Notes under the pieces: generated by a model
The model's database searches: none
What the model was told of the DNA's origin: nothing
What the model saw: the letters and a program-made list of their open reading frames with translations, nothing else
Made by a program: the position numbers and the translations under genes
Shown here: in pieces, positions 1-9,878 of the stretch
How positions within the stretch are numbered: the first letter of the stretch is position 1
How the letters are laid out: each line of letters starts with the position of its first letter
Source of the DNA: Deltaproteobacteria bacterium
Lineage (GTDB): Bacteria > Desulfobacterota > Desulfobacteria > Desulfobacterales > ETH-SRB1
Direction of reading: 5' to 3'
Length of the DNA: 60,201 bases
NCBI GenBank assembly: GCA_030262895.1
Contig: JAJSZW010000004.1
Coordinates: forward strand, 1 to 60,201

Positions 1-1
1 G

Positions 2-313
2 GTGCTTCGGGAGAAAACCTATCGGGAGCGAGCGCTAAAGCTTTTCCCGTGGATCTGTGCGCGATGCGGGCGCGAATTCACAGGCAAGAGAGTTCGAGAG
101 CTCACAGTCCATCACAAAGATCACAACCACGATAATAATCCGCCTGACGGCAGCAACTGGGAGTTACTGTGCCTTTATTGTCACGACAATGAGCACTCGC
201 GGGACCAGGTAGCGGAATGGTATGGCGAGGTGACGCCGGGTGGCGAGCAAGAGCCACCTTCTACCCACAGGCCGTTCGCTGGTCTCGATGCTTTGCTGAA
301 GGATAAAAAATAG
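2..313 (+). CDS. yajD: YajD-family HNH nuclease (5' end probably outside the window)
   Basis: YRERALKLFPWICARCGREF, LTVHHKDHNHDNNPPDGSNWELLCLYCHDNEH: CxxC and HNH motifs typical of YajD. Confidence 0.85.
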   Translation: MLREKTYRERALKLFPWICARCGREFTGKRVRELTVHHKDHNHDNNPPDGSNWELLCLYCHDNEHSRDQVAEWYGEVTPGGEQEPPSTHRPFAGLDALLKDKK

Positions 314-486
314 GTAACTACTCACGTAGTCAGACTGAAGCTGTTTAGACTGAAGGCTGAAGGGGTCAGAAGAGCACGATTGCCGTACTTTGGCGGAAAT
401 ATCTGATTTTTGCACCAAACATGGCTTCAAAATGCGCTTTTTCCTAACAGTCTTCAGTCTTCAGCCTAACCAACCTGAGTAGTTAC
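314..486. repeat. Palindromic MITE/REP-like element with GTAACTACTCA terminal inverted repeats
   Basis: GTAACTACTCA (314) ... TGAGTAGTTAC (486); internal (A/G)G(A)CTGAAG repeats mirrored by CTTCAG; related copy at 37290-37356. Confidence 0.75.
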
Positions 487-620
487 ATTTTTTTTATCTT
501 TTGTTAATTCTATATTTGACTCTAAAGATGAGTTCTGTATATTATAACCATGAGCAATTATGACGAAATTCATACTTTGCCCCAAGCCTCAGTTTCCATG
601 AACCTTTTTGAGAGCACGTA

Positions 621-2447
621 ATGGGAAAACTTAAAATGAAAAATGAAGACAAGACAAAAAAAGAGCTTATTGATGATTTTGTGAGAGTTGGACGACAACT
701 GAAGCAATGCACTGATTTGCTCGACGTAATACCCGATATTGTTTACAAAGTAGATAGTGATGGGCATTTTATCTATATAAACGGCACCATCAAGTCTATG
801 GGCTATTCGCCTGAAGAATTGATAGGGAAACATTTTAGTACTATAATTCATCCTGATGATATTACATCTGTGAGCCGTTCCACTGTTTTGAAAAAATATA
901 AGGGATCAATAACCGGAGATAAGAACGCACCAAAACTATTTGATGAGAGAAGGACCGAAAAAAGAGGAACAAAATGTCTTATTGTTAGATTAATACAAAA
1001 GGGCTGGGAACGAGAAGAAGATTCGAAGAATGTAGAAAATTCAAAAACAGTGTATGTAGAAGTGATGGCGAGCGGACAATACGATAACGTGGTCAGCAGA
1101 AAGGATAAGGCTTTTCTTGGAACCGTGGGCGCCATCCGGGACATAGAAAAGCAGAAATATGCGCCTGTTAATGATGGCGAGATAAGCTGCGGAGAAGTAT
1201 CTTCGTCCGGCCCAGATGGTATTGACGCAGATAGCCCTGACAGAAAGCATGAGGGTACAGTCGGAATCATAAGGGATATCACTGAACGCAGAATATTTGA
1301 ACAACAGAAAGCAAAGCTTGAAAAACGATTGCAGCAGGCTCGGAAGATGGAAGCACTCGGACAACTTGCAGGCGGAATCGCTCATAACTTTAACAACCTT
1401 CTTATGGCAATCCAGGGAAATGCCTCTTTGATGCTTTTGGAGACTGTTTCCTCGCATTCACATTATGCAAGACTACGAAGCATTGAGGAGCAGGTTCGAA
1501 GCGCTTCGAAACTCACCGCTCAGCTTCTTGGTTATGCCAGGAAGGGAAAGTATGAGGTCAAGCAACTTGACCTTAATCAGGTGGTGGAAGAAACCTCAGA
1601 GATTTTGGGTAAAGCTAAAATGGGGATTACGATTCATAAAGAGCTTGCTGAGGGGTTGTTTGCCATAGAGGCTGACGAGGCCCAGCTTAGGCAGGTCCTG
1701 TTTGATCTGTATCTGAATGCTGCCGAGGCGATGCTAGATAGCGGGGATCTCATTTTGAAGACCTCAAACGTGACCCATGAAGACATGAGTAAGGAATACG
1801 ATCCAAGGCCGGGAAACTATGTTTTGCTGACAATTACCGACACGGGTATTGGCATGGATAAAAGTACTATAGGGCTCATCTTTGATCCCTTTTTTACAAC
1901 TAAGCACATGGGCATGGGCACTGGTCTTGGCCTGGCTGCTACTTACGGTATCATAACCAGCCATGGCGGATATATTAACGTGGAATCCAGGAAGGGGCAT
2001 GGGAGCACCTTCAGTCTTTATTTCCCTGCATCGGTGGAAAAGGTCCGGAAAGTTTCCAGAACTGCAGATGAAATTACCAGGACAACCGGAACAGTCCTCC
2101 TGGTAGATGATGAAGACATTATTCTGGAGGTAGAAAAAGAGTTGTTGGAGACATTAGGCTACGAGGTGCTTACAGCCAGAGATGGAAAAGAAGCTGTCGA
2201 GATTTATAAGAAAAAATGGGACAGGATTGACTTAGTCCTTATGGATATGGTTATGCCGAATATGGGTGGCGGTGAGGCCTATGACCGGATGAAGGAAATC
2301 AATCCGCGTGTAAAAGTCTTGCTTTCAAGTGGCTACAGTATTGACAGAGAAGCGAAGGAGATATTAGCACGAGACTGTGACGGTTTTATACAGAAGCCCT
2401 GTACTATAAAGGAGTTGTCTGAGAAAATAAGGGGGATTCTGGACTAA
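621..2447 (+). CDS. PAS-domain hybrid sensor histidine kinase/response regulator
   Basis: PAS (PDIVYKVD..G.F.YIN, IIHPDD), H-box GGIAHNFNNLL, G-boxes DTGIGM and GTGLGL, FDPFFTTK, C-terminal REC (LVDDE, LMDMVMP). Confidence 0.93.
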   Translation: MGKLKMKNEDKTKKELIDDFVRVGRQLKQCTDLLDVIPDIVYKVDSDGHFIYINGTIKSMGYSPEELIGKHFSTIIHPDDITSVSRSTVLKKYKGSITGDKNAPKLFDERRTEKRGTKCLIVRLIQKGWEREEDSKNVENSKTVYVEVMASGQYDNVVSRKDKAFLGTVGAIRDIEKQKYAPVNDGEISCGEVSSSGPDGIDADSPDRKHEGTVGIIRDITERRIFEQQKAKLEKRLQQARKMEALGQLAGGIAHNFNNLLMAIQGNASLMLLETVSSHSHYARLRSIEEQVRSASKLTAQLLGYARKGKYEVKQLDLNQVVEETSEILGKAKMGITIHKELAEGLFAIEADEAQLRQVLFDLYLNAAEAMLDSGDLILKTSNVTHEDMSKEYDPRPGNYVLLTITDTGIGMDKSTIGLIFDPFFTTKHMGMGTGLGLAATYGIITSHGGYINVESRKGHGSTFSLYFPASVEKVRKVSRTADEITRTTGTVLLVDDEDIILEVEKELLETLGYEVLTARDGKEAVEIYKKKWDRIDLVLMDMVMPNMGGGEAYDRMKEINPRVKVLLSSGYSIDREAKEILARDCDGFIQKPCTIKELSEKIRGILD

Positions 2448-2450
2448 TTT

Positions 2451-4295
2451 TTACTTTTCAAGCTCTTCCAGTTTCTTTTCGAACTTAGCCTGCTTTTTTT
2501 CCAGAGAGCCTGTAAGCTTTTCCAGCTCGTCAAAAATGCGGTCTATTTCAGACTGGCGCTTGTGAATGGACCGGGAAAACTCGACAATTTTTTTACCGTC
2601 CTGGTTCTGAGATGCTTCCTGCATAGCCTGGTTAAGCTCTGAAAGCTCATCTTCAAATCTTCCTATATCATTTTCCGCCTTTGCTATGTTCTGCTCTATC
2701 GGCGTGAGAACTCTTCCCCTTTCTGTGACTATCTCTGAGCGTCTTCGCCTGAGTTCCTTTTTTGTCAATTTTAAAACAGCTTTTTCCCCTTCGGGCTTCT
2801 GCACAGGACCTTCATGTTTCCATCCTACTTTTTCAAGAAAATCTCCATAACTCCCGGCAAATACTTCAATCCGGTCATTTTGGAAAACAATCAGGCGCTG
2901 GGCAAGGGCATGTAGAAACATTTCGTTGTGGGTAACCATGATCACAACACCGTCAAAGCTGTCGATTGCAGCCAGCAGCGCATCGCATGATTCCATATCC
3001 AGGTGGTTGGTCGGTTCATCAAGAAGCAGAAGGTTTACCGGCGTTACAAGAAGCTTGCCCAGCATTACTCTGCTTTTTTCACCCCCTGAAAGGACACTGA
3101 TTTTCTTTAAAGCATCATCGCCTTCAAACATCATGGCGCCGCAGATATTGCGGGCCGACTGCCTGTCAACATCAGAATGTGAACTCAGCATCTCCTCTTC
3201 CACGGTTCTTTCGTCAACCAGGCTTCTGATGTTGGTCTGCTCAAAAACTCCTTTTATGATCCTGGGGTTGTATGTAACCTCACCCTGTTGAGGGGTAATG
3301 GCTCCTGCAAGAAGTTTAAGCAGAGTTGTTTTGCCTTTTCCGTTTTTGCCCACAATACAGATCCGCTCACCAGATCCGATGGAAATGTTAAAATTCCTTA
3401 TAAGCGGTTTGTCAGGCTGGTATGAAAAGGACACATCTTTGGCCGTCATCACATGTTTTCCCGAAAACGTGCTGCTTTTAAAGGAAAAATCAAGAGACTT
3501 GATTTTCTCAAGTCTTTCCAGCTTTTCTGTTTTCTTAAGGGTTTTAATCCTGGACTGAACCATGTTCGCAAGTCTCGCCTTGGCCCTGAACCTTGATATG
3601 AACTGCTCAACTTCTTTTCTGCGCCGCTCGTCGTTTGCGCGGGTTTTTTCGTATATCTCCTCATCCTGGGCGAGCTGGGCATAATACTTTCCTGTATTTC
3701 CTGCGATTTTGCGCACTTTTTTGCGGTGGAGGCCGACCGTATGGGTGATGATCTTGTCCATGAAGCTTCTATTATGTGTGATGAGCATTACTTCATGCGG
3801 CCAGTTAAGCAGAAAACGCTCAACCCAGCGTATGGATGTAATGTCAAGATAATTGGTAGGCTCGTCGAGCAGAAGCAGGTCCGGCTCAGATACAAGCACT
3901 TTTGCAAGATTCAGGCGAACCTGGTATCCGCCTGAAAACTCCAGCGGGTCTTTTTCCATGTCGGCTTGAGAGAAACCCAGACCTGTAAGGATTTTCTCAA
4001 CTTTCCAGCTATGATCACGTTCCGATTCCGGAAGGCCCCTCATCCCTTCTCTGAGCACGGATTTTTCTGTAAATTCTATTTGCTGGCGAACATAACCAAT
4101 CCTGTAATTCCGGGGTATGACAATAGCCCCATTGTCCATTGATTCTTCACCGGCCATGAGCCCGAAAAGAGTTGTCTTCCCGTGCCCATTCCTTCCAACA
4201 AGCCCAATCCTCTCACGAGGATTGATCTTAAAACTGACTCCTTCAAAGAGTACTCGGTTGCCGAAGCTTTTTGTGATATTTTCTACGCTAATCAT
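2451..4295 (-). CDS. ABC-F family ATP-binding protein
   Basis: Two ABC cassettes (GRNGHGKT/FSGG/LLLLDEPTN; GKNGKGKT/LSGGE/LLLLDEPTNHLD), no TM segments, C-terminal coiled coil. Confidence 0.93.
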   Translation of the reverse strand: MISVENITKSFGNRVLFEGVSFKINPRERIGLVGRNGHGKTTLFGLMAGEESMDNGAIVIPRNYRIGYVRQQIEFTEKSVLREGMRGLPESERDHSWKVEKILTGLGFSQADMEKDPLEFSGGYQVRLNLAKVLVSEPDLLLLDEPTNYLDITSIRWVERFLLNWPHEVMLITHNRSFMDKIITHTVGLHRKKVRKIAGNTGKYYAQLAQDEEIYEKTRANDERRRKEVEQFISRFRAKARLANMVQSRIKTLKKTEKLERLEKIKSLDFSFKSSTFSGKHVMTAKDVSFSYQPDKPLIRNFNISIGSGERICIVGKNGKGKTTLLKLLAGAITPQQGEVTYNPRIIKGVFEQTNIRSLVDERTVEEEMLSSHSDVDRQSARNICGAMMFEGDDALKKISVLSGGEKSRVMLGKLLVTPVNLLLLDEPTNHLDMESCDALLAAIDSFDGVVIMVTHNEMFLHALAQRLIVFQNDRIEVFAGSYGDFLEKVGWKHEGPVQKPEGEKAVLKLTKKELRRRRSEIVTERGRVLTPIEQNIAKAENDIGRFEDELSELNQAMQEASQNQDGKKIVEFSRSIHKRQSEIDRIFDELEKLTGSLEKKQAKFEKKLEELEK

Positions 4296-4655
4296 TTGGA
4301 GTATGCCTTTAATCTTGTAATCTTTATCAAGTCAAGCTATATGTGGATTTTATTTCCGTCAACCATATATCACAAGTATTAAAAACTGCAATTCTCAAAG
4401 TAACTTCTCAATAAGCAAGGTCTCAACATAATAGAAACTTGGGGCAACTCATCCTTTCCCTCTCTGGGGGAAAGGCAATTTGATTGTCGTATCCCACCCG
4501 ACCGCCCCCACGTCCCCATAAGCGCTTATGCCCCACGTCCCCCACCAGGGTAAGGGGAAAAAGGTGTCCAGCTCGGAGAGGGTATGGGCGGTCAGACTTT
4601 ATTGTTGACCCAATCGAACCTCGGTGATAAAAAAACGATGAATGGAGATTTGACC

Positions 4656-5732
4656 ATGAACGTTGCTCATCATGTTATAAGAAATGCCAGGAGTTATAGG
4701 AGATGGTCTGCACTGGTTGTTGGCCTTTCTCTATTTATTATTTTTTGTGTTGGAACGTCTCAAGGTAGTGTCGGCGATGAATTCAAGATAGTGAGAGTTA
4801 AGAAGGGAGATTCGGTTAGTTGTATCTCTTTTAAGCTTTATAAAAAGTATAATAAGATGATCGTAGACTCAATCCGTTCATGTAACCCTGAGATGAAAGA
4901 TATAAACCTGATTTACGTTGGGCAAAAGCTGAGATTTCCACGATTGAGTTATATTGAACAGGGAAAATATCTCTCCAAAAAAGAGATAAAGGCGAGAAAA
5001 AAGAGACCGGTAGCAGCTTCAGAAGAAAAGGAACAGAGAAAGAAGATGCTCAAGATGGAGGCGTTTATAACCTATATAGCAGGCGATGTGGAGATCCTTC
5101 GCCAAGGCACCAGCGATTGGCGGCCTGCAAAAATGAATGAGGAGTTATCTGAAGGGGATCGGATCAAGGTAAAGAAGAATTCAATGGCTGAATTAATAAC
5201 CGAAAAGAATAGCGTGATTCGTCTGTCTGAAAATTCGGCGTTCGAGATTACTAAGCTCGAAAAAGATCCTGTGAAAAAAACAGAGACATCAAAGTTTGCA
5301 TTATCTCTGGGAAGACTATGGAACAAAGCAAGAAAGCTTTTAAGTCCTAGATCAGAATATACCGTAAGTACTCCTACTGCCATCTCCGGCATTCGTGGAA
5401 CGGTATACAGTATAGATATTCTGGCGAACAGCGATACCCGCTTCAAGACCTATTCCGGTTCCATAGACGTCTGGAATCCTTGTGAGAGACCAGCAGGTGA
5501 TATGATGCCACCTAAAAAGGTATCAGGGCCTGTTCCGGTTGCGGGACCTCATCCGGTAAGCATGAAAGAATGGACCTCCATTATACTTACAAAACATCAA
5601 CAGCTTGTAGTAACCAAACAGGGTCCCTTAAAAAAGGAGGCTTTCGATCCTTTAAAGGACAGAGATGACGCATGGGTTAAATGGAATGTGGAAAGGGATC
5701 AAGATTTTGAAAAAAGTGAACCCTGGCTTTAG
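4656..5732 (+). CDS. Secreted or membrane-anchored LysM + FecR-domain protein
   Basis: N-terminal hydrophobic segment; LysM (VRVKKGDSV...NLIYVGQKLRFP); FecR-like beta domain (LSEGDRI, VIRLSENS, VSTPTAISGIRGT). Start moved from 4584 to the ATG after GGAG. Confidence 0.8.
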   Translation: MNVAHHVIRNARSYRRWSALVVGLSLFIIFCVGTSQGSVGDEFKIVRVKKGDSVSCISFKLYKKYNKMIVDSIRSCNPEMKDINLIYVGQKLRFPRLSYIEQGKYLSKKEIKARKKRPVAASEEKEQRKKMLKMEAFITYIAGDVEILRQGTSDWRPAKMNEELSEGDRIKVKKNSMAELITEKNSVIRLSENSAFEITKLEKDPVKKTETSKFALSLGRLWNKARKLLSPRSEYTVSTPTAISGIRGTVYSIDILANSDTRFKTYSGSIDVWNPCERPAGDMMPPKKVSGPVPVAGPHPVSMKEWTSIILTKHQQLVVTKQGPLKKEAFDPLKDRDDAWVKWNVERDQDFEKSEPWL

Positions 5733-8157
5733 AAAATCCTACCTTGTTGGTTTAACCATTACTCTTTTGATTATTCCCTTGATGCTTATTGATCCTGATG
5801 TCTTTAAGCTTGTCGAGCTGAAGTCGCTCGACTTTCGCTTTGCCCTTAGGGGACAATCCGAACATGGCAGAGACGTAGTCATTGTCAGCATAGATGACAA
5901 GAGTATTTCCAAGATAGGTAACTGGCCGTGGGGCAGGGAAAAGCATGCTATAGTGATAGATAAGCTGAAACAAGCCGGTGCCAGGGTGATCGCCTTTGAT
6001 GTCTATTTTCAAGAAACAGGCGGTGGCGTATTGAGTCGTGAAAATAAAAGACTGGTGGATTCAGTTCGTAAAGCGGGAAACGTTATCCTTCCTTTGTACT
6101 TTAACCTTAACAAACGGGAAAAAAGCAGGGGAGAAGCTGAATTAGAAAACATAGGGTTGTTTGCTATAAGGGATGTTGAAAATCGAGAATTGCTTAATGA
6201 GTACCCGGTGGTTAGAGGATATGAACTATTTTCATCCTTTCCAGAACTAAATCGAGCCGCTTTCGGTATGGGTCATATCAATATGATTACTGACAAAGAT
6301 GGGATAGTAAGAAAAGAACTGATGGTTGTGGGCTATAAAAACGGATATGTTCCTTCATTAGCTTTGAAGGTAGCCCAAAAATACCTGGGAGTGGACAACA
6401 AAAACATGACATTGATTGGGGGAGAAGGTGTTGCGTTAGAAGACAGAAAGATACTCATATCTCCGGAACAGATAAGTGGTGCCATGTTGTGGGGGGTGGT
6501 CCATATCAACTATATAGGTGGTTATAGAACATTCGATTACGTTTCTTTTGTTGATGTTATCAATGACAGGGTTCCGACGGACACCTTCAGGGATAAAGTC
6601 GTTCTTATTGGCGCAACTGCCGCAGGTTTGTATGATTTTCATTCAATCCCATTTGCCACGGTATTTCCCGGGATAGAAAAACAGGCCACCGTGATAGATA
6701 ATATCATTCACGGAGATTTTATCACAAAGCCCTTTCAGTCAGATGTTTTGAGCCTAATCTTATGTATCTTCATTGGCTTGGCATTGACTTTTTTGATACC
6801 GCGGATGAGGTTGTTGCATACCATGATCATGGTGTGCGTGCTAACAGCGGTTATCATTTTGGCTGGATATGTCGCGTTCGCAAAGGCGGACTCCTGGATA
6901 AACATGACCTATCCCATAGTTACAACGTGGTTTGTATTTCTCTCATCTGTTCTGACACTGTACGCTTCAGCTAGGAGGGGGGAGCACATAGCTCTTGAGA
7001 AAGGCCATGAAGCAATAAAAATGCTCGGGCTTTCTTATCAAGAAAAAGGTTCCTTGGAACTGGCCTATAATACTTATAACAAGTTACCTCTCAATGGGGA
7101 GGTCATGACATTATTATACCACCTCGCAATACAGTTGGAAAAGAAGCGTAAGGATTCTCTCGCCGTACAGATCTATAAGAAAATTCATAATAAGGACAAG
7201 GACTTCGAGGATGTGGCCCAGCGACTGAGTACATTTGGCGTAAAGACACTTGAACCAACCTCGGACGTCAGTACCATTTCGCTAAAGCAAGGCCAGACAT
7301 TGGGACGCTATGAGATAGTTAAAGAGCTTGGAAAAGGTGCGATGGGTGAGGTCTATTTAGCCAAGGACGCTCATATTGATCGACATGTGGCAATTAAAAC
7401 GTTCCGTTTTGGTCGGGAGATAGATGAGAAGTCATTACGAACGATCAAAGAGAATCTTTTGCGCGAAGCCCGGATGGCAGGGAAATTGTCTCACCCCAAC
7501 ATAGTCACTATTTATGATGCAGGGGAGGATTGGGATCTATCTTACATTGCAATGGAGGTGCTGGAAGGAGTTGAATTACCCAATTATTGTAAACCTGGGA
7601 ACTTCTTTCCGTATGAAAGGGTTGTCGAAATCGTTTCATCTGTTGCCTGTGCTCTCGATTATGCTCACGACCACGGGGTTATTCATCGGGACATTAAGCC
7701 GGCTAACATTTTGATTCAGCAGGTGGGTGGTATAAAAGTCACTGACTTTGGGATAGCGTGCGTCAAAGAGAAAAGGGATCACAGGGAAATTGCCGGGACC
7801 CCTGTCTATATGTCTCCTGAGCAGATTAGTGGCCATGAAATCGATGGCCGTACAGATCTCTATTCCCTTGGTGTGGTCTTGTTTGAACTGTTGACCGGCA
7901 GAAAGCCATTTACGGCTCCAAATCTCGTAACGTTAAGGAAAAAAATTGTGAATGACCCGGTTCCTCAATTACGAGAAATAAGGGGGGGAGTACCCGAATA
8001 CTTTCAATCGATCATTAACAAGCTTCTGGAGAAAGATAAGGAGAAGAGATACAGCCGCGGAGAAGATTTGGTGAATGACATGAAAAAGGCAAGGATGGGT
8101 TCCTTTGAAGACGGAGGCACCATCTATCTGGACCTGGATCAAGATCCGAAGAAATAG
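5716..8157 (+). CDS. CHASE2-domain membrane Ser/Thr protein kinase
   Basis: CHASE2 (VVIVSIDDKS, WPWGR, IAFDVYF, DKDGIVR, VLIGATAAGL), 3 TM helices, Hanks kinase (LGKGAMGEVY, VAIK, HRDIKPAN, DFG, YMSPEQ). The GTG start overlapping the FecR gene end is my choice; the ORF track starts at 5665. Confidence 0.9.
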   Translation: MNPGFRKSYLVGLTITLLIIPLMLIDPDVFKLVELKSLDFRFALRGQSEHGRDVVIVSIDDKSISKIGNWPWGREKHAIVIDKLKQAGARVIAFDVYFQETGGGVLSRENKRLVDSVRKAGNVILPLYFNLNKREKSRGEAELENIGLFAIRDVENRELLNEYPVVRGYELFSSFPELNRAAFGMGHINMITDKDGIVRKELMVVGYKNGYVPSLALKVAQKYLGVDNKNMTLIGGEGVALEDRKILISPEQISGAMLWGVVHINYIGGYRTFDYVSFVDVINDRVPTDTFRDKVVLIGATAAGLYDFHSIPFATVFPGIEKQATVIDNIIHGDFITKPFQSDVLSLILCIFIGLALTFLIPRMRLLHTMIMVCVLTAVIILAGYVAFAKADSWINMTYPIVTTWFVFLSSVLTLYASARRGEHIALEKGHEAIKMLGLSYQEKGSLELAYNTYNKLPLNGEVMTLLYHLAIQLEKKRKDSLAVQIYKKIHNKDKDFEDVAQRLSTFGVKTLEPTSDVSTISLKQGQTLGRYEIVKELGKGAMGEVYLAKDAHIDRHVAIKTFRFGREIDEKSLRTIKENLLREARMAGKLSHPNIVTIYDAGEDWDLSYIAMEVLEGVELPNYCKPGNFFPYERVVEIVSSVACALDYAHDHGVIHRDIKPANILIQQVGGIKVTDFGIACVKEKRDHREIAGTPVYMSPEQISGHEIDGRTDLYSLGVVLFELLTGRKPFTAPNLVTLRKKIVNDPVPQLREIRGGVPEYFQSIINKLLEKDKEKRYSRGEDLVNDMKKARMGSFEDGGTIYLDLDQDPKK

Positions 8158-8187
8158 GAGTGCTTATGCCGGATGAGACACCGTCAT

Positions 8188-8256
8188 CCTTCAATAGCCG
8201 CTTGGAATCTTGGTCAGGGCGAAAGCGAGGTTTTGACATTGGCATTGGAAAAACCT
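8188..8256 (+). pseudogene. Fragment of a DUF3368-type PIN toxin gene
   Basis: Manual translation PSIAAWNLGQGESEVLTLALEKP matches the LGxGESE motif of DUF3368 PIN proteins; no intact frame. Confidence 0.55.
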
Positions 8257-8325
8257 CGCACAGGAGTTTCCACATCTTCGGGAATTTTTTAAAAGACCAA
8301 CGGTCGTTAATTAGGAGACAATACT

Positions 8326-8607
8326 ATGCAACCATATGAAGTAAAAATAGAAGTACCTCATGAAGTGTTATTAAATCTTCATAAATCACCTGATGAGGCT
8401 GCCGAAGATATCAAACGACAGGCAGCTATTCGTTATTATAAAAAACGCTCTCTCTCATTGGGAAAAGCAGCAGATCTGGCGGGGATGAGCAGGTTTGAGT
8501 TCATTGATTATTTACGTTTTAATGATGAACCTGTTTTTCAATACACGGATGAAGAACTTGAAGAAATCAAAAGAGACGCAGCAGAGTTAGAGAAAGTTAT
8601 AAGATGA
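8326..8607 (+). CDS. UPF0175-family antitoxin
   Basis: SLSLGKAADLAGMSRFEF HTH motif; ATGA overlap with the downstream PIN gene. Confidence 0.85.
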   Translation: MQPYEVKIEVPHEVLLNLHKSPDEAAEDIKRQAAIRYYKKRSLSLGKAADLAGMSRFEFIDYLRFNDEPVFQYTDEELEEIKRDAAELEKVIR

Positions 8608-8975
8608 GCAATATTGTCATATCCAATGCTACGCCAATTATATCCCTTTGTTCAGTTGGGTACGAGTTTGTTCTGAAGGAACTCTTTCACCACATATTTA
8701 TACCCCAAGCTGTTGATATGGAATTGAGATCACTTGACAAGCCTGGATCACATTTTAGCGATTTAAAATGGGTTGAAGTTGTTTCAGTTCAGAATAAAGA
8801 AGTCATTGTTTTCCTCAGAAAAGATATTGATAAAGGCGAGGCGGAAACAATTGCGTTGGCAAAACAGATGAATGCATACGTCATCATAGACGAAAATGCT
8901 GGTTATCAAATAGCCAAACATTTTGGTTTACCAGTGGTTAGAACGCTTTCCATTCTCCGCCGCAAGCGGATTTAG
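8604..8975 (+). pseudogene. DUF3368 PIN-domain toxin, 3'-truncated
   Basis: VISNATPII, IPQAV..EL, DKGEAETIALA, IIDE; ends just after RTLSIL, lacking the usual C-terminal part. Confidence 0.7.
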
Positions 8976-9072
8976 TGTATACCCTTTCATTCGGAAACTA
9001 AGAAAGCAAAGAAAAATCCAGTAAATCCTGCCTGTTCCGTCAAATTCCAGAGGATTATTCGACTGAGGTCAC

Positions 9073-9123
9073 TCCTGTCTAATAAAGGCAGAAACTTATG
9101 AACTAATGGGCGCCCCCCACTCT
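9073..9123 (+). repeat. Repeat A, copy 1 (TCCTGTCTAA...CAGAAACTTATRAACTAAT..GCGYCC)
   Basis: Near-identical copies begin at 10273 and 11639. Confidence 0.85.
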
Positions 9124-9143
9124 AATCAAGGTTTGACCCCAAA
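9123..9143 (+). repeat. Repeat B, copy 1 (TAATCAAGGTTTGACCCCAAA)
   Basis: Exact 21-bp direct repeat of 10077-10097; the pair brackets one TA module. Confidence 0.9.
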
Positions 9144-9209
9144 TTCAAAGCCGATAAATTTCAAATCGGCTCGCTATTCCCCGGTCAACTTGAGTGTTTG
9201 GTTCGGCAA

Positions 9210-9491
9210 TTAAGCAAATTGAAGTTTTAGTTTTTTTCCAAGTGCAACAGCAACATTCTCCAGAGTTAGAAGCGTTACTGAAGAATTTTTAGGATCCAGC
9301 AATCTGTCTACCGAAGAACGGCTTGTTTTCATCATTCTAGCCAAAGCTGCTTTTGAGATATGACGTAATTCCATCTCCTGCCTAATCTGATAAGCAAGTA
9401 CACGCTTTAAAGCTGTTGCTTCAGCTTCAGCCATTAACCCTTCCTTTTGAAGAAAATCGTCGAAACTGCTTCCGATATGTTTACCTTTCAT
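9210..9491 (-). CDS. XRE/HigA-like antitoxin
   Basis: KHIGSSFDDFL..EG, ISKAALARMMKTSRSSVDRLLDP HTH; directly downstream of a RelE-like gene. Confidence 0.85.
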   Translation of the reverse strand: MKGKHIGSSFDDFLQKEGLMAEAEATALKRVLAYQIRQEMELRHISKAALARMMKTSRSSVDRLLDPKNSSVTLLTLENVAVALGKKLKLQFA

Positions 9492-9492
9492 T

Positions 9493-9843
9493 TTAATCCT
9501 CCTGATACTCTTTCAACCGTGACAGGGCTGTTTTTAATTCATTCTTAGGAATTTTTTGGGACTTCTTAATGAAACCATGCAGCAGAATCATGACATTTCC
9601 ATCAATTGTGAATAAAACTCTGGCAATCCCATTTGGAATTTTTGACCGTACCTCCCATAGAAACGGCTTGATTTTTTCAACCAAAGGCATGCCAAGAGGC
9701 CATCCGAACTGAACTGTCTTAATATCTTCACCAATTATTTTCTTATGCGCTGTTGATAGCGACTGCAGCCATTTTCTAACCGGCTCTGTTCCTGAACCCG
9801 TCTTATAAAAATGAACTTTTAGTTTAATATCATCGAAATCCAT
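9493..9843 (-). CDS. RelE/HigB-like toxin (Gp49/DUF891 type)
   Basis: FYKTGSGTEPVRKWL, GWPLGMP, LWEVRS, ILLHGFIKKSQK. Confidence 0.88.
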   Translation of the reverse strand: MDFDDIKLKVHFYKTGSGTEPVRKWLQSLSTAHKKIIGEDIKTVQFGWPLGMPLVEKIKPFLWEVRSKIPNGIARVLFTIDGNVMILLHGFIKKSQKIPKNELKTALSRLKEYQED

Positions 9844-9852
9844 GTATTATAT

Positions 9853-9878
9853 ATGTACCAAAATTAGTACATTTGTCA
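9853..9878 (-). promoter_or_regulatory. TA autoregulatory operator next to a -35 box
   Basis: Palindrome ATGTAC-N8-GTACAT immediately after TTGACA on the minus strand, upstream of the toxin. Confidence 0.6.
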
